This document shows, piece after piece, positions 18,114-30,413 of a stretch of DNA of 64,000 nt (its first letter is position 1; each line of letters begins with the position of its first letter). The notes beneath the pieces were generated by a model. That model made no database searches. It saw only the letters and a program-made list of their open reading frames with translations, and was not told where the DNA came from. A program made the translations under genes and the position numbers. This DNA is from Zootoca vivipara (Eukaryota). The stretch covers positions 48,732,001 through 48,796,000 of the forward strand of contig NC_083276.1 of assembly GCF_963506605.1 (NCBI RefSeq), read 5' to 3'.

Positions 18114-21100
18114 GTAAGAGCTGCTGCCCGCTGAGCGAGGCCGGGGCGCTTCTCTCCTCGGGGCTCAGCCCTGCCCGTTGCGGGGGCGGGAAGGTTCGGT
18201 TGCCGTCCGCCAGGGGGTGGGGCAGCGCACACGGACGCCGGGAGGGGCCGGAGCCGGAGCCGCCTTCCAACGAGGCGCTTCAGGGCCCGGCTCGAGAGCG
18301 ATAGGCCCTTCGCGCCCGGGCCCCGTGAAGGGTTGAGCTCGCTCGGGAGCTCGGCGCCGGCCAACTCGGTGCAGAATCGCCCTGGATCTCTGTTCAAGTT
18401 CTGTTCGCACCAGTGTCACGATGTTGGGACTGGGCGCCTCCGCTCAGTGAGCAAAAGCATCGAGAGACTGTTTCCAGATACCATCCCTGGAAGCTCATGG
18501 AGCCCTAGCTGCTTTAAAGCAGATGCCGAAACAACCGCAGGCAATTTTAGACTGAGGCTGCATTGCTATAGAGCAGGCACGTCCAACAGGTAGATCATGA
18601 TCTACCGGTAGATCACTGGACATCTGTGGTAGATCACTGGCTCCCCCCAAAGAAGCTCAACAACTTTGGCTCCCCTAAAAATGCTCAACATTTTAGCCAT
18701 TTAGCCCCCCAAAAACAGGGCTTTCCTCCCGCCTCAGAAAAGCTCAACAACTCTGACCTGAACCCCTAAAAATGGGCCTTCCTAATAAAATCTCAGCAAC
18801 TTTGATCTGAACCCCCCAAGAGGGGGTAGATCACTGCCAGTTTTTAACTCTGTGAGTAGACACAGACTGTTCGGACTTGACCACCCCTGCTATAGAGTAC
18901 ATTGCTTGGTCTAGGTCTCATTGAACTCTAGGCATCTCGCTTCTGAGTAGCCTCACAAAGAATCGCACTGCCTTGTTTTTGATCTGTCCAATGGTCAGCT
19001 TTCCCCTTCCATCAGCCTCCGTGGTCTTTAGGGCCTCTCTGTGCACTATAGAAACCAAAGGTACCTTTTTAAAGATGGCGTATGCACGGCAGTCAAACCC
19101 AACCCATCACAGACTTCCCGATGTCGGTGTACAACTTGTATATGTCTTTCAAAATGCACATTTGTCATTCTTCATATATTGTGCTTGTAATGCGCTCACC
19201 CTATAGGCAGAGCACAAAAGGCTTTGGAGCTTTTTAGTGTTCTGGTGATATCTGTACAGTATTTTGGGGATAGTTTTAAAAACAACATAAACTTCCTGCA
19301 ATTTATGGGAACAAGGAACCCTTGTTAAGAGTAATTCTCTTCAGATTCCTTTGTTCCATTGACTCATACTGGGGTATTTTCCTAGTATGCTCCTCATACT
19401 CTACAAAGTCTTGTAATCTGTGATTACCCACCATTTAAGGATTGGTCTAACTTTTGAGTTCTTGTAAATATGGTGCACTATGTCACATACTACATTAAAG
19501 ACTTGACCCTGTTATGGTGTTACTTGGATACAAAACACTGGTACGAGGAAGTAACTATTAGTGTAGGCTACTGTACACAATCTTTTGGCTGCTATTTCTA
19601 CATGATAGGAAATGTGTTCCTTATCTGTAGCATTTCTTTTTCCTTTCCTTTTTTAGATTTGTTTGCTTTAGTTGAGATATCAGTACAGCACAAGTCTGCG
19701 ATAAAAGAATCTCCAATGTCTGTTGTATTTCAGATTACTGGAGGTCAGATCTAAGCGGCAACATGGACTCACTGGACGAGACTGGAGGTTCCTCAACAGA
19801 GGAAACTGGAAATTCCTTAACTGAGAACTACTTTGTAAATTACACTTTCACTGACCGTTCTCATTCAGGCCGTGTGGCCCAAGGAATTATGAAGTTGTGC
19901 TTAGAGGATGAGCTCTTTGCCGATGTCACCATCTCTGTAGAAGGCAAAGAATTCCAACTGCACCGGCTAGTTCTCTCAGCTCAGAGCTGCTTCTTTCGTT
20001 CAATGTTCACTTCCAATCTGAAGGAGGCACATAACCGGGTGATTGAGTTACAAGATGTTAGTGAGAGTGTCTTTCAGCTCCTTGTGGACTACATTTATTA
20101 TGGAACTGTAAAGTTGAGGGCAGAAGATTTGCAGGAGACTTACGAAGTAGCAGATATGTACCAACTAACCGCCCTCTTTGAGGAATGTTCCCGTTTCTTG
20201 GCTCGAACAGTGCAAATGAAAAACTGTTTGCAAATTATGTGGTTGGCTGATCAGCACAGTGATGTGGAGCTCTATACGGCTGCCAAGCACTGTGCCAAGT
20301 CATACTTATCACAACTTCAAGAAACTGAGGAGTTTCTGCACCTTCCTCTCCGCCTCCTGACAGATATTGTCTCAGGTAAGTAGAATGGTTACTGAGACTT
20401 GTGGTTACTAAGGCCTTTCTGAGAGATTTGGATTAGACCCACGGCATTTCAGTTTCAGACCTAGTTTTGAGTCAGATGCCTTTGATTGCCCTGGTACATG
20501 GCTCTAAAGCGGAAAAGAGGAGCACCTTCCTGTTGAATCTGCTGCACCTCTCAGAGGCTTTTGGTTCAATAACTTGTGGTATTCCAGGTTATTTAGTGAA
20601 GATGAGGCTTGGAAGCACTTTTTAAACAGATTCTAGTCTTTCCTGGAGTAACAATTCTTTAAGGTGGTACTGGGTGCCGCAGCCTCATCTCTTTTGCTTA
20701 TGAAGTTCCACTGGGCTATGTTCTGTTCCCCCCTTCCCCAATTGTAATTCGTTTTAAACATTTCTATTCCCATGTTGTTTAGTATCTACATGAAACTACT
20801 AGGAGTGGTGATAGGGAGATTTGGAGGTCTATGCAATCAGTGTGCAGATTACATCCTACTTACTCCTCACATTCCAGGGAAACTAGCAGTTTTAATAGAA
20901 ATCATTAATAGAAATGGGCTGGATGGCAGCTAGTAAATTGAAGTTTCATCTAAATAATAGTAGTATATCCAACCTAGAACTAGGCAGTATCCACCAAAGT
21001 AGAACCACTAGTGATCTTAAAACCCTATATGGTTTGGCAACAGGATAAATTCCTCCTGCATTAGCTTACCCATGCACTCAAATGCTCTGCAGAGGCTTTT

Positions 21101-24100
21101 TGTTTCTGCATTCATTTGGTTGGAATGAAGGGGAAGGTTTTTTGTTGGAACTCCCTGCCTAAGGATGTTGATATTGTCGTCTCCTTGACCATCTGCTGCA
21201 GTGCAAAGCTCTTTCCATTTAAGAGGGCTTTTGGCCTTTAGTAGCTGGACTATACTACTATACTACTGGTATGTAATCTTTCTGTCTCATATAATTGCTT
21301 TATTGGCTGTCTTGTTATTTTTGTTGGACTTCGTTGTAGTTTATGGGTTATCTGCCTGTGGGGGTTAGCAGAGTTCTAGGCATTGACTTCTGTTGGTTCA
21401 AGCAGGGCAAACCCATAATCACCAATGCCAAGCAAGCATCTTGCTGTGAAGCCACTAGGCCTAGAATGCAAGATTGCTTGCTATGTCTCGCCTATCATAT
21501 TTACACTTTCAGAAACCCCACAGCAGCGAGGTTATGAAAGCTGTTTATAACACACAGCTCTAATTACCCCTCCCATCAATCTTTGGATTAAGACCTAGCA
21601 ACTCTGATTGGTGGTTGTGTACTTTTCTGCTGTGAGGAGAAAACGGACCCTTAGAGCTCTGCTCTGTTATCCTCTTCTTGAGGGAGCTCTTTTTTCAGTC
21701 TGCTATCTCTAGGAATAGCAGAAATCCATTTTGCTTGCTGTTGAAAGAACCACCTACATCTTGATTCATGTTACCTAGGAGTATGTTTTGATAAGCTGTA
21801 AAATGTAGTTCAAAGTGTTTTCTAGCTGTTTAAGAGGTTTTGGTACAGTCAAGCAATATATTACATTTTGTCAAAATAAAATAGCTCCTTCTGGAGATAG
21901 ATTTCACAGTAGCCATGTGTTCTTCAATAATGCTGTATACTGTTAAATCTCAAATTCTTAAGTTTAATGTGTTCAACCCAGATAACCACAAATACCTTTT
22001 TGTTACAAATGTTACAAAAATATTTCACTTCATGCATCTAATACACAGCTCTTAAGAAGTAAGGGTGTACCCCTTTTCTTCTGCTCTTTATTTTTACTAT
22101 CGCAAAATTGTTCTGTAGGAAGCATTTGTGGACAGAATGCAGTGAACTTGTTCTGTCAGCGCAAGAATTTCTGCTTGTGCAACAGAATTCTCCTCTCCCC
22201 CATGCGTACCCTGCACCCTCCCCAAATCAGCTGCAGAGGGCTAGAGAAAAACCCAGAACAGATTTAGGGGGCACACAGTGGACGTTCCATTGCACAAGTG
22301 GAATTCCTAGCACTGACAAAACAAGTTACTTGCATCCTGCCCTTTTTTTTTCTTCCTTTTTTTGTCAGGCCTGTGGAAACATGTCAGGGGGAGCCAACAT
22401 TACCTAATATGTTTGGCTGGGGGAGGGCGAATTGTATGCAGCTCAGGGCGGTCATGCAAGAAGACAAATCATATGTCAAGATATCTTTGTGAGGAATTGA
22501 ATAAATATGAAATTTGTTAATCGCAGCTCTGGTAGAATTAGCATTGAAAGGGAAATCCCCAGATCCACCAATAGTTAGGATAAATGTCCAGTTTCCTATG
22601 GCAACCACTTCTGGCTCTCTTGTCATTTAAAGGTCCAACCACCTCCTATCTGGTTTTCTGCTATTAATGTCGTTACAGAACTTCTTGCTGTTGGTATTTC
22701 TTTTTAGCAATGTGCTCCTCAAATTCTCCCCCCCCCCCAATCACTTTTCGTCCACTTGCATTTCTTTTGCCGAAGTTTGTGTTCCTTTTTGCTCTCCTAA
22801 TTTGAACAAGGCTTCCATTTTATAACACTTGCATGTTAACCAAGTGGGCATCCTCTTGGCTCTGGTGGGACCTTTCTTAATCTGAGCATCTAATATTGTG
22901 ATTTTAAAAAACTCCCAAGGAGTAGCATCCTCCTTTCCATGGCAGCAAAGGAGCCGTCATCCTTGGAGCGTGACAAGAGCTATCATGTTCCTGAAGGCCT
23001 TGTCCACCAAACTCTCTTCCTCTCTCAGCTTCTCTTGGTCAGCCACTTTGGCCCCAAGGGAATGAATCTGTTCCCTGAGAGCTGGGAGCTCATTGCATCA
23101 AGGACAAACCCATTTTTTTCCACCACATAGATCAGGGGTCAGCAAAAATTTTCAGCAGGGGGCCGGTCCACTATCCCTCAGACCTTGTGGGGAGGGGTGG
23201 ACTATATTTTGAGAAAAAATATGAACGAATTCCTATGCCCCACAAATAACTCAGAGATGCATTTTAAATAAAAGGACACATTCTACTCATGTAAAAACAC
23301 GCTGATTCCTGGGAATTTGTTAGGTCAGAGGGTGGAGGAACAGTGTGCTGAAGAACCTAGAAGGGACTGGACATTACTTCCTGAATAATTACGTACCAGA
23401 CTGAAATTGATTTAGAGACAGAAGGCCTCTTGACATACAACTCAAATATTCTATGCAACTATCACTTCCGGTCTGGCAGCCATTGGCATCGGCGGGGGAT
23501 TTTTGATCTCCGAAAGTCCCCAGCGACCCAGAGGAGGGGGGAGGTCGCGCGGGCACCGCGACCCCCCGGAGAACCCCCGGATTGAGCTTTCCGGGTGTGT
23601 GGGACCCAGCTGAGCCCCGTAAGTCCCGTTTCGCCACCCGGATTGCGCCTCTTGAGGTGCGCCGAGAGCCGGTTGAGCGGGATGGAGCCTTGGGAAGTCT
23701 GCTACCTCTGGAACGCGAAGCTCCATGCCGAAGCCACTTTGAGCGCCAGATGCCCCCGTTTTGATTAAAGATTGGACTTGTAAGTAAAATTTCTTTGGAA
23801 AAAAAATTAGAGAAGATTTGGTCCGGGGAAGGGAATTTAAAAAGGAAACGGAGGTCGTTCCCCCCCCCCTTATTGAGATAAGAGAGCAGCCACCAGACCT
23901 GCAGCCGCAACGCTGGAACGGACTGGAAAATCCGCTAAAAAATTTAAGTTGGACCCCCTCCCGGTGGAGCAGAGCCAAGGGAGGGAGAGGAAATCTCTAT
24001 TTTGGATCTCTGCATAACTTTTATGAAGTTCTGGAACAAGCCCTTCTAAACCGAGGGCGAGACCCTGGGAACAAAGACCAGTCGCCATTGTGATTTCACC

Positions 24101-27100
24101 GGTAAGGAACTTTGTATTAAAAAGGAACTCTTGGTTTAATAAGTCGGGTACGGATTTAACAAGATTTTGCGAAGTAAATGAATTTAAACAGAGGACTGTG
24201 AAATTGCGTTGTTGAAAAGAATTGGATAAAGGGACTAAAGTAAATCTGGGAAGTAACTGTGCACCATCTTTGGGAAAATAACATGCACCTGCCATTGTAA
24301 TATGAGAACACAATAGAATCGAATAGACAAAACAATGAGTCTCCAGCTGGACAAGGACAAAATGAAACTTTTGCTACAACTTGTATACGAACTAAGAGAG
24401 GATGTGTATGAATACACGAAACAGATACAAAATCTTAAAGAGGAGATACAACTGTTTCCCTTAAAGGATACGTTAGACTTACAGGAAGAAAACAAAGAAG
24501 AGCCGAAAACAGAGGAACCCGAGCAACCTGTGAGAGAGGCTGCAAAGGACATGGACTCTACTCAGACGGCATTAGCCCAAGAGACCCAGAATGCTGGACT
24601 CTCAGTGAGAGAGGGAGCCCAGAATCTGGGCTTGGATAACCAGAGAAAGTTTGTAAATCTGATCGAGTGGTGGCTTTGGGGGGGTAAAGAGGTGATAGGG
24701 AGGAAAGAGAGCTGGAGAAAGAGATTGGATCAACACAAAGAGGAGTGGAGAGAGGGAGGGGGCATGGTGTGGGTAAGAGATGGAGTGGGGTGAAAAAATA
24801 ATGAATTTTTAATATGGGACGGATTAAATGGTTGGAAACTGGATTGTTGCAAGGAACTGGTCGAGGTTTACAGGGAATTGCCTATTAGGGGAAGAAGGGG
24901 GAGACAGAGAAAGTAACTGAGAAATTTTGTGTGTTTTTCTTTTTTTCCTTTGAAAGTAATCAATGGGGAATATTTTTTAGGGGAAAGTATAGGCTAAGGG
25001 GTTTAGTTTAGATATTTGATTAAGTATTATTGAGGGAATATTGTAAGAATGGGAATATAAATGATTATATGATGAATTAGATTATTGATATAAGATTAAT
25101 TTGAAAGCAAGGAAACTGCTAAAGTTGGGTTTAAAATGAACTCGGTAAGGGAGGAACGGGGAGGTCACAGATATGTTAAGCAATATTAGATGTAAACAAA
25201 GAATCTTGTATGGTTTTTTTTCTTTTTTACTGTGTTTTTCTTTTTAGTATTTTTCCATTTTTTCTTTTTTTCTCTTTCTTTTTTCTTTTATGTGGTTGTG
25301 CCTTTTTTGTATCGTATTTAGGATATTGCACGATGTGATGATTTGGAAAATGTATAAGCTGAAAATTCAATAAAAATTATATTAAAAAAAAACAAATATT
25401 CTATGCAACTATGTACTCCAGGTGGTTTTTAATACTCAGTTACAAAGGTCATCATCAGTTATGATTTGTAACATGATAGTTATATTACAAAGTTTATTAA
25501 AAATTTGAACTGAGACAATACATTGCTTAGTCTTAAATATTTATTTATTCAATTTATATCCCATCCTTCCTCCCAAAAAAGCCCAGGATGGCACATGATG
25601 TATGTAGTTCTGGCATTAGCAACAGCTAATGCCAGAACTCCGAGCTACAGGAAACTCAGAAAAAAGCAAGCTTAATGGCCAGTATTAGTACTGAATAAAG
25701 TTTAAGATTTATCTGTTGTTTGGCCTACTGACCCACTTTTTCAACTGAAATCCCTATTAACTTCTGCTGGTTTCTACAGCCACTGATCTTATTACTTGTA
25801 ATGGGATTAACCAAGAACCAGCTTTCCCACAGAAGCAAAGGCCTGCTAGAGCAGGAAGCGGGGTACTTAATTGAATCAGGCAGTGGAGCTGTATTTGACT
25901 GGACGTACACCATTGTATTGAAAGCACTGAATATTTAAAATTATTTCCAATATCCCTGAGCAATGCAGTAGCTTAAAACATGTCAGGATTTGGAACGTGG
26001 TTAAAAGTTTCTTTGTACGCAATACCGTCATCAAAAAATATACTAAATGTTCTGGTGAATAGCTTTTCTGAAATGACAACAAAAATCATGTCTTTTGCAG
26101 CATCACTTCTTAAATGTGAGACATATGACAAGAAATTTTTTTTAAAAAAAAATCCCAAAATTAAGCAGGACAAAATGAAGGCCTAGCTGTTTAACTGTGG
26201 CAAGCAGAGAATGTAGTCTGGTCCTATTAATAATGTTGAGGCTATGTTTACCAGTTAACAAATTCATTAAGCGGATAGCCTTGGGCAGGAAATATGTTTG
26301 CTGCTTCTGTAGAATAGGAATGCTAACATGCAAAGGCTCCTGCTCTTGTTTATACCAGCTAAACCTGGTATGTATTGGGGGGAAAGAGAATACTGTACTT
26401 GCTATGCCCATGGCATGAAAATTTTATAGTTTAAACATGTTTTTTTTATTTGCAACCATACAGATGGGGTTCCATGTTCACAGAATCCAGCAGCTGCCAT
26501 AGAAACCTGGATTGGCTTCAATAAAGAAGAGCGTGCAGGTTTCTCAGAGATACTGCGATCAAGTTTAAAGGTACATGACAAAGCAGTCTACTCAGTGCTT
26601 CAACCTGCCTCCCTTCACTGTAATCAGTGTAGAAAGGTTTCCATAGGTAGAAACGTGGGCTGCCCTTGACACTAGAGTGATGTAAGCAGTGCCAATTAGT
26701 CTGATGTGAAAATAGAATTGTATAGAATAGAACTTCAGGGTCCTCCTACCTTGGCTCCTTTTGCCAAAGCACCTTCCTGCCAAAAGACAACACAGCAGAA
26801 TCAAACGTATTCCTCCTGTAGTGCTTCAAAAATGTGAAAACAGGTGGTCATTGCTGCCCTACAGATGTCAACTCAAGGGGCATTAGTGCTACCGGTAGCA
26901 GCAGTCAAAGCACTCCTGGCAGTGTGATCCAGAAGCCACATAGCACTTAGCTATGCATGTCCATATGCATCAAAACAGAGTAGTTGAGGAGACATTTTTC
27001 TTGCAAAGTGCTTGGCTAAATGTTTAGTGCTTGGCTAAAACAGAATCAGACTGTCTCAACTCTTTTGCTCATCCCAGGTCAATTCACACTAGTCTATGAA

Positions 27101-29930
27101 CATCTAGACAGTGATGCTCCTTTTCCTTAGGACCTAGCCAAAAATGATGGTGATTAACTTCCTGAGCCCTGTGAAAAATAGAATTCCTTTGAGGAATGAA
27201 TGTAGGGTGAGGGCCATTGAATCTGGATGGAAGATACAGAGTGCTTTCCAATATGACAGGGCTCTCCGCTCTGAAATCCTTACAGCAAATAATAAATAAT
27301 AATAAATAAATTTTTATTTATACCCCGCCCTCCCCAGTCAAAAACCGGGCTCAGGGCGGCTGACACCAACAGAATTACAATAAAACATAAAAACAATTAA
27401 TTAAAATACAGATTAAAATACAGTATTAAAATTTAAAATGCAGCCTCATTTCAAGTAGGCCATAAATCCAAGCCATGAGGGAGGAAAACACAGGGGTCAG
27501 GCTGAGTCTAACCCAAAGGCCAGGCGGAACAGCTCTGTCTTGCAGGCCCTGCGGAAAGATGACAAATCCCGCAGGGCCCTGGTCTCCTGGGAAAGAGCGT
27601 TCCACCAGGTTGGGGCCAGTACTGAAAAGGCCCTGGCTCTAGTAGAGGCCAATCTAGCCATCTTATGACTCGGGATCTCCAGAATATTATTATTTGTGGA
27701 CCTTAAGGCCCTCCGTGGGGCATACCAAAGGCAATAACTACCAAGAAAATCACCTTATGTCTCAGAGACATTTAAGGTTATGGCTATAAAGACTTGAAAT
27801 GTGATTTTGCTAGGGCTAAAAAAACTTGTTTAGGTTCCAGGTGGAAAAGCGATATACCAGGGGAAGTTTCAAGTAACTCCTTATAACACAAGGATGTGAG
27901 GATATGCAACCCTTGCACCCCTGAGACAGAAGAGAGAGCTGCCCCTTGCTTTTTGGAGTATTATGTGTCAATCCAGACCATCCCAGAGGAAAGTGAACAC
28001 CCACTTTGATGTTTACATGCAATGTGTCCTCATCTTTTCCTACACCACCTCACAAAGGCCTTCCACATTATCTCACAGGTGCAATGTGCACAAATTTTAT
28101 ATTACTGTAGTTTAGAAAGGTAATGACTGCTCTGTGGTCAGAGTCTTTATGTTCTAGACCCCTCCTCTTTCAGTTGTTGAACAGGAAGGTACAAGGTCTG
28201 GGTGGAGAAAGTGTCCTTGGGATCTCTCTTCTACCAAAAGGATCCCAGTCCCATCAGATTGGAAAACCAAGCCATGCTGGACCAGAAGGGAGACACAAAC
28301 AATTTCACCCCCTCTGCAAATAACCTTTTGGATCGGACATCCCCAAACTGCGGCCCTCCATATGTTTTGGCCTACAATTCCCATGATCCCTAGTTATCAG
28401 AACCAGTGGTCGGGGATGATGGGAATTGTAGTCCAAAACATCTGGAGGGCCGAAGTTTGGGGATGCCTGCTTTAGGTCATGGTTGTGGGTGGAAATGTTT
28501 ATAACCTGCTCACCTTGGAAGTTGGCTGAGGACACAAACAGATTATCTATATATGGATACCCTTCTCAGCTGCTGGAAAAGACTCAATTGAAATGCTAGT
28601 TTAAACTTGCTAGCCTCATAATTCAGTAACTGAACATGTGTTTCTTAACTGTTTATCTAGTTTTCATCTTGCCCGTAATATAGGAAGTTGTCTATAATGA
28701 TTGACAGCAAGTCTCGAAAATTTCAGACAAAAGTCTTTTCCAGCTCTACTTGGGGATGTTAGGGATTGAACCAGAGGCTTTCTGCCAGCCAAGCATTGGC
28801 CTGGAAAGCTATATACATTATGGTTATAAAGTGCAATGAAAAAAAATAAAAGGGTCACAAGAGACTTCAGTCCCAGCATGTCGGCTATCAGTGGCCTAAT
28901 ATATTGTGGTAATTGTGGACTAGTTTACTTAATAATTTGAGCTGTGAAACCCCAAGCTAATTTGCTGTAGGTATTTCTTTGCACCTATCATTGGCATGCC
29001 TCCTCTTGACTGAATTTCTGCACATAGACCTATGCACAACTTTTAATGAAATTTTGTTTTATTGTTTAGGAAATTGGAGAGAACGTTCATATCTACCTGA
29101 TTGGAAAGGAGTCATCCCGTACACATTCCCTTGCTGTCTCACTGCATTGTGCAGATGATGACTCCATCAGTGTTAGTGGTCAGAACAGTTTGTGTCACCA
29201 AATCACTGCCGCTTGCAAGCATGGTAGTGACCTCTATGTTGTTGGAGGATCCATTCCACGACGCATGTGGAAATGCAACAACACCACGATAGACTGGGAA
29301 TGGTGTGCCCCCCTGCCCCGTGACAGGCTACAACACACTCTGGTTTCTGTGCCCAGCAAGGATGCGATCTATTCACTGGGGGGCAAGACACTGCAGGATA
29401 TCCTCTCAAATGCCATCATATACTACAGAGTAAGAGACAATGTATGGACAGAGACTAGCCAGCTGGAAGTTGCAGTGTCTGGGGCTACGGGTGTAAATCT
29501 CAACGGTGTCATTTATTTGTTAGGCGGGGAGGAGAATGACCTTGATTTCTTTACCAAGCCCTCTCGGCTTATCCAGTGTTATGATACAAATACAGAGAAG
29601 TGTCATGTAAAGCCTTACGTGTTACCCTTTGCAGGGCGCATGCATGCTGCTGTGCACAAGGACCTGGTGTTCATTGTAGCCGAGGGGGATTCGCTGCTGT
29701 GCTATAACCCTCTGTTGGATAGCTTCACGCGGCTCTGCTTGCCAGATGCCTGGAGCTCAGTACCATCTCTTTGGAAAATTGCTAGTTGTAATGGCAACAT
29801 CTACATCTTCCGGGATCGTTACAAAAAGGGAGATGCCAACACCTTCAAACTCAATCCAGCCACTTCTGTGGTGACTGTCAGCAGTGGCCTCAAGGTGCTA
29901 CTCACAAATTTGCAGTTTGTGTTGGCATGA
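18095..29930 (+). CDS. KBTBD4: Kelch repeat and BTB domain-containing protein 4 (CUL3 adaptor), 4 coding exons, 542 aa
   Basis: Exons 18095-18113, 19734-20375, 26464-26570, 29070-29930 total 1629 nt. BTB motif FADVTISVEGKEFQLHRLVLSAQSCFF, Kelch region GGSIPRRMWKC, C-terminus KVLLTNLQFVLA*. Confidence 0.97.
18574..18889 (+). mobile_element. hAT MITE family copy 3
   Basis: Same TIRs; TSD CTATAGAG both sides. Confidence 0.9.
19734..20375 (+). CDS. KBTBD4: KBTBD4 exon 2 (BTB/BACK); second in-frame ATG at 19763
   Basis: tttcag acceptor, gtaag donor, BTB domain. Confidence 0.97.
22410..22920 (-). mobile_element. Degenerate L1 endonuclease-region fragment
   Basis: Minus-strand translation includes FILTIGGSGDF..N, resembling the APE GDFN motif. 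Confidence 0.3.
23133..23310 (+). mobile_element. Truncated hAT element (left end only)
   Basis: Starts CAGGGGTCAGCAAA, a hAT-Charlie-type TIR; no matching right end seen. Confidence 0.55.
23463..25392 (+). mobile_element. Full-length ~1.9 kb non-autonomous L1-like (HAL1-like) retroelement, copy B
   Basis: 20-bp TSD CAAATATTCTATGCAACTAT (23443-23462, 25393-25412); CpG-rich 5' end starting CACTTCCGG; single ORF 24335-24793; AATAAA 25369-25374; poly(A) 25384-25392; no RT or EN coding. Confidence 0.9.
24335..24793 (+). CDS. Retroelement-encoded 152-aa acidic coiled-coil protein (ORF1-N-terminus-like)
   Basis: Intact ORF MSLQLDKDKMKLLLQLVYELREDVYEYTKQIQNLKEEIQ... with heptad pattern and Trp/Gly-rich C-terminus WVRDGVG*. 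Confidence 0.55.
   Translation: MSLQLDKDKMKLLLQLVYELREDVYEYTKQIQNLKEEIQLFPLKDTLDLQEENKEEPKTEEPEQPVREAAKDMDSTQTALAQETQNAGLSVREGAQNLGLDNQRKFVNLIEWWLWGGKEVIGRKESWRKRLDQHKEEWREGGGMVWVRDGVG
26464..26570 (+). CDS. KBTBD4: KBTBD4 exon 3
   Basis: (D)GVPCSQNPAAAIETWIGFNKEERAGFSEILRSSLK. Confidence 0.95.
27289..27725 (-). mobile_element. L2 LINE 3' fragment
   Basis: (AAT)n tail, ataccccgccctcccc...gggctcagggcggct 3' motif, then L2 ORF2 end. Confidence 0.7.
29070..29930 (+). CDS. KBTBD4: KBTBD4 exon 4 (Kelch propeller, to stop)
   Basis: EIGENVHIYLIGKESSRTHSL...LQFVLA*. Confidence 0.98.
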   Translation, partial: EIGENVHIYLIGKESSRTHSLAVSLHCADDDSISVSGQNSLCHQITAACKHGSDLYVVGGSIPRRMWKCNNTTIDWEWCAPLPRDRLQHTLVSVPSKDAIYSLGGKTLQDILSNAIIYYRVRDNVWTETSQLEVAVSGATGVNLNGVIYLLGGEENDLDFFTKPSRLIQCYDTNTEKCHVKPYVLPFAGRMHAAVHKDLVFIVAEGDSLLCYNPLLDSFTRLCLPDAWSSVPSLWKIASCNGNIYIFRDRYKKGDANTFKLNPATSVVTVSSGLKVLLTNLQFVLA

Positions 29931-30413
29931 AGGAAGAAAGGTGCAGTGCCAGAACAATACATTCCTTTAAACAGCTCAGAGATGTATAGACCCCATAGCT
30001 CCAGCTCCTTGAGAAAGATCACAATACTTTAGAGAGTTCCCTGCCCCACCTTTCAACTCCTGCTCACAAGCAGCAGCATTGTAGCCACACGTAGGTGGCA
30101 TCTGTGTTCTGTCTGGATTACTGCTATCACTGTGGTCTCCTGCTGGTTAGCTTCTTGTGTCTCAGAACCCCACAGCTAAGAGGCTTCTTGGGTCTAAACC
30201 CTTTACCAACAAGCCCTATGCAAAATAGATGAAGTATTTCTACAGTCTTAGTTGCAGGCTATCTACTGCAGCAATCTGTCACGGTACAGAACATCCCTTA
30301 GAGCTGCAGCTAGCAGATAAAAGGCTTCCTCCCTTATTAGGGCTATGAAGGACAAATTTAGCTAGAGGTACTGAAAGTAACATCAGCAATGCATTGGATA
30401 TGATTGAACTTGG

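Noticed and set aside
23389-23978. Two ~175-aa antisense ORFs in the element 5'UTR
   Set aside because: GC-rich region, non-ATG starts, they run out of the element into flanking DNA, and there is no recognisable domain.
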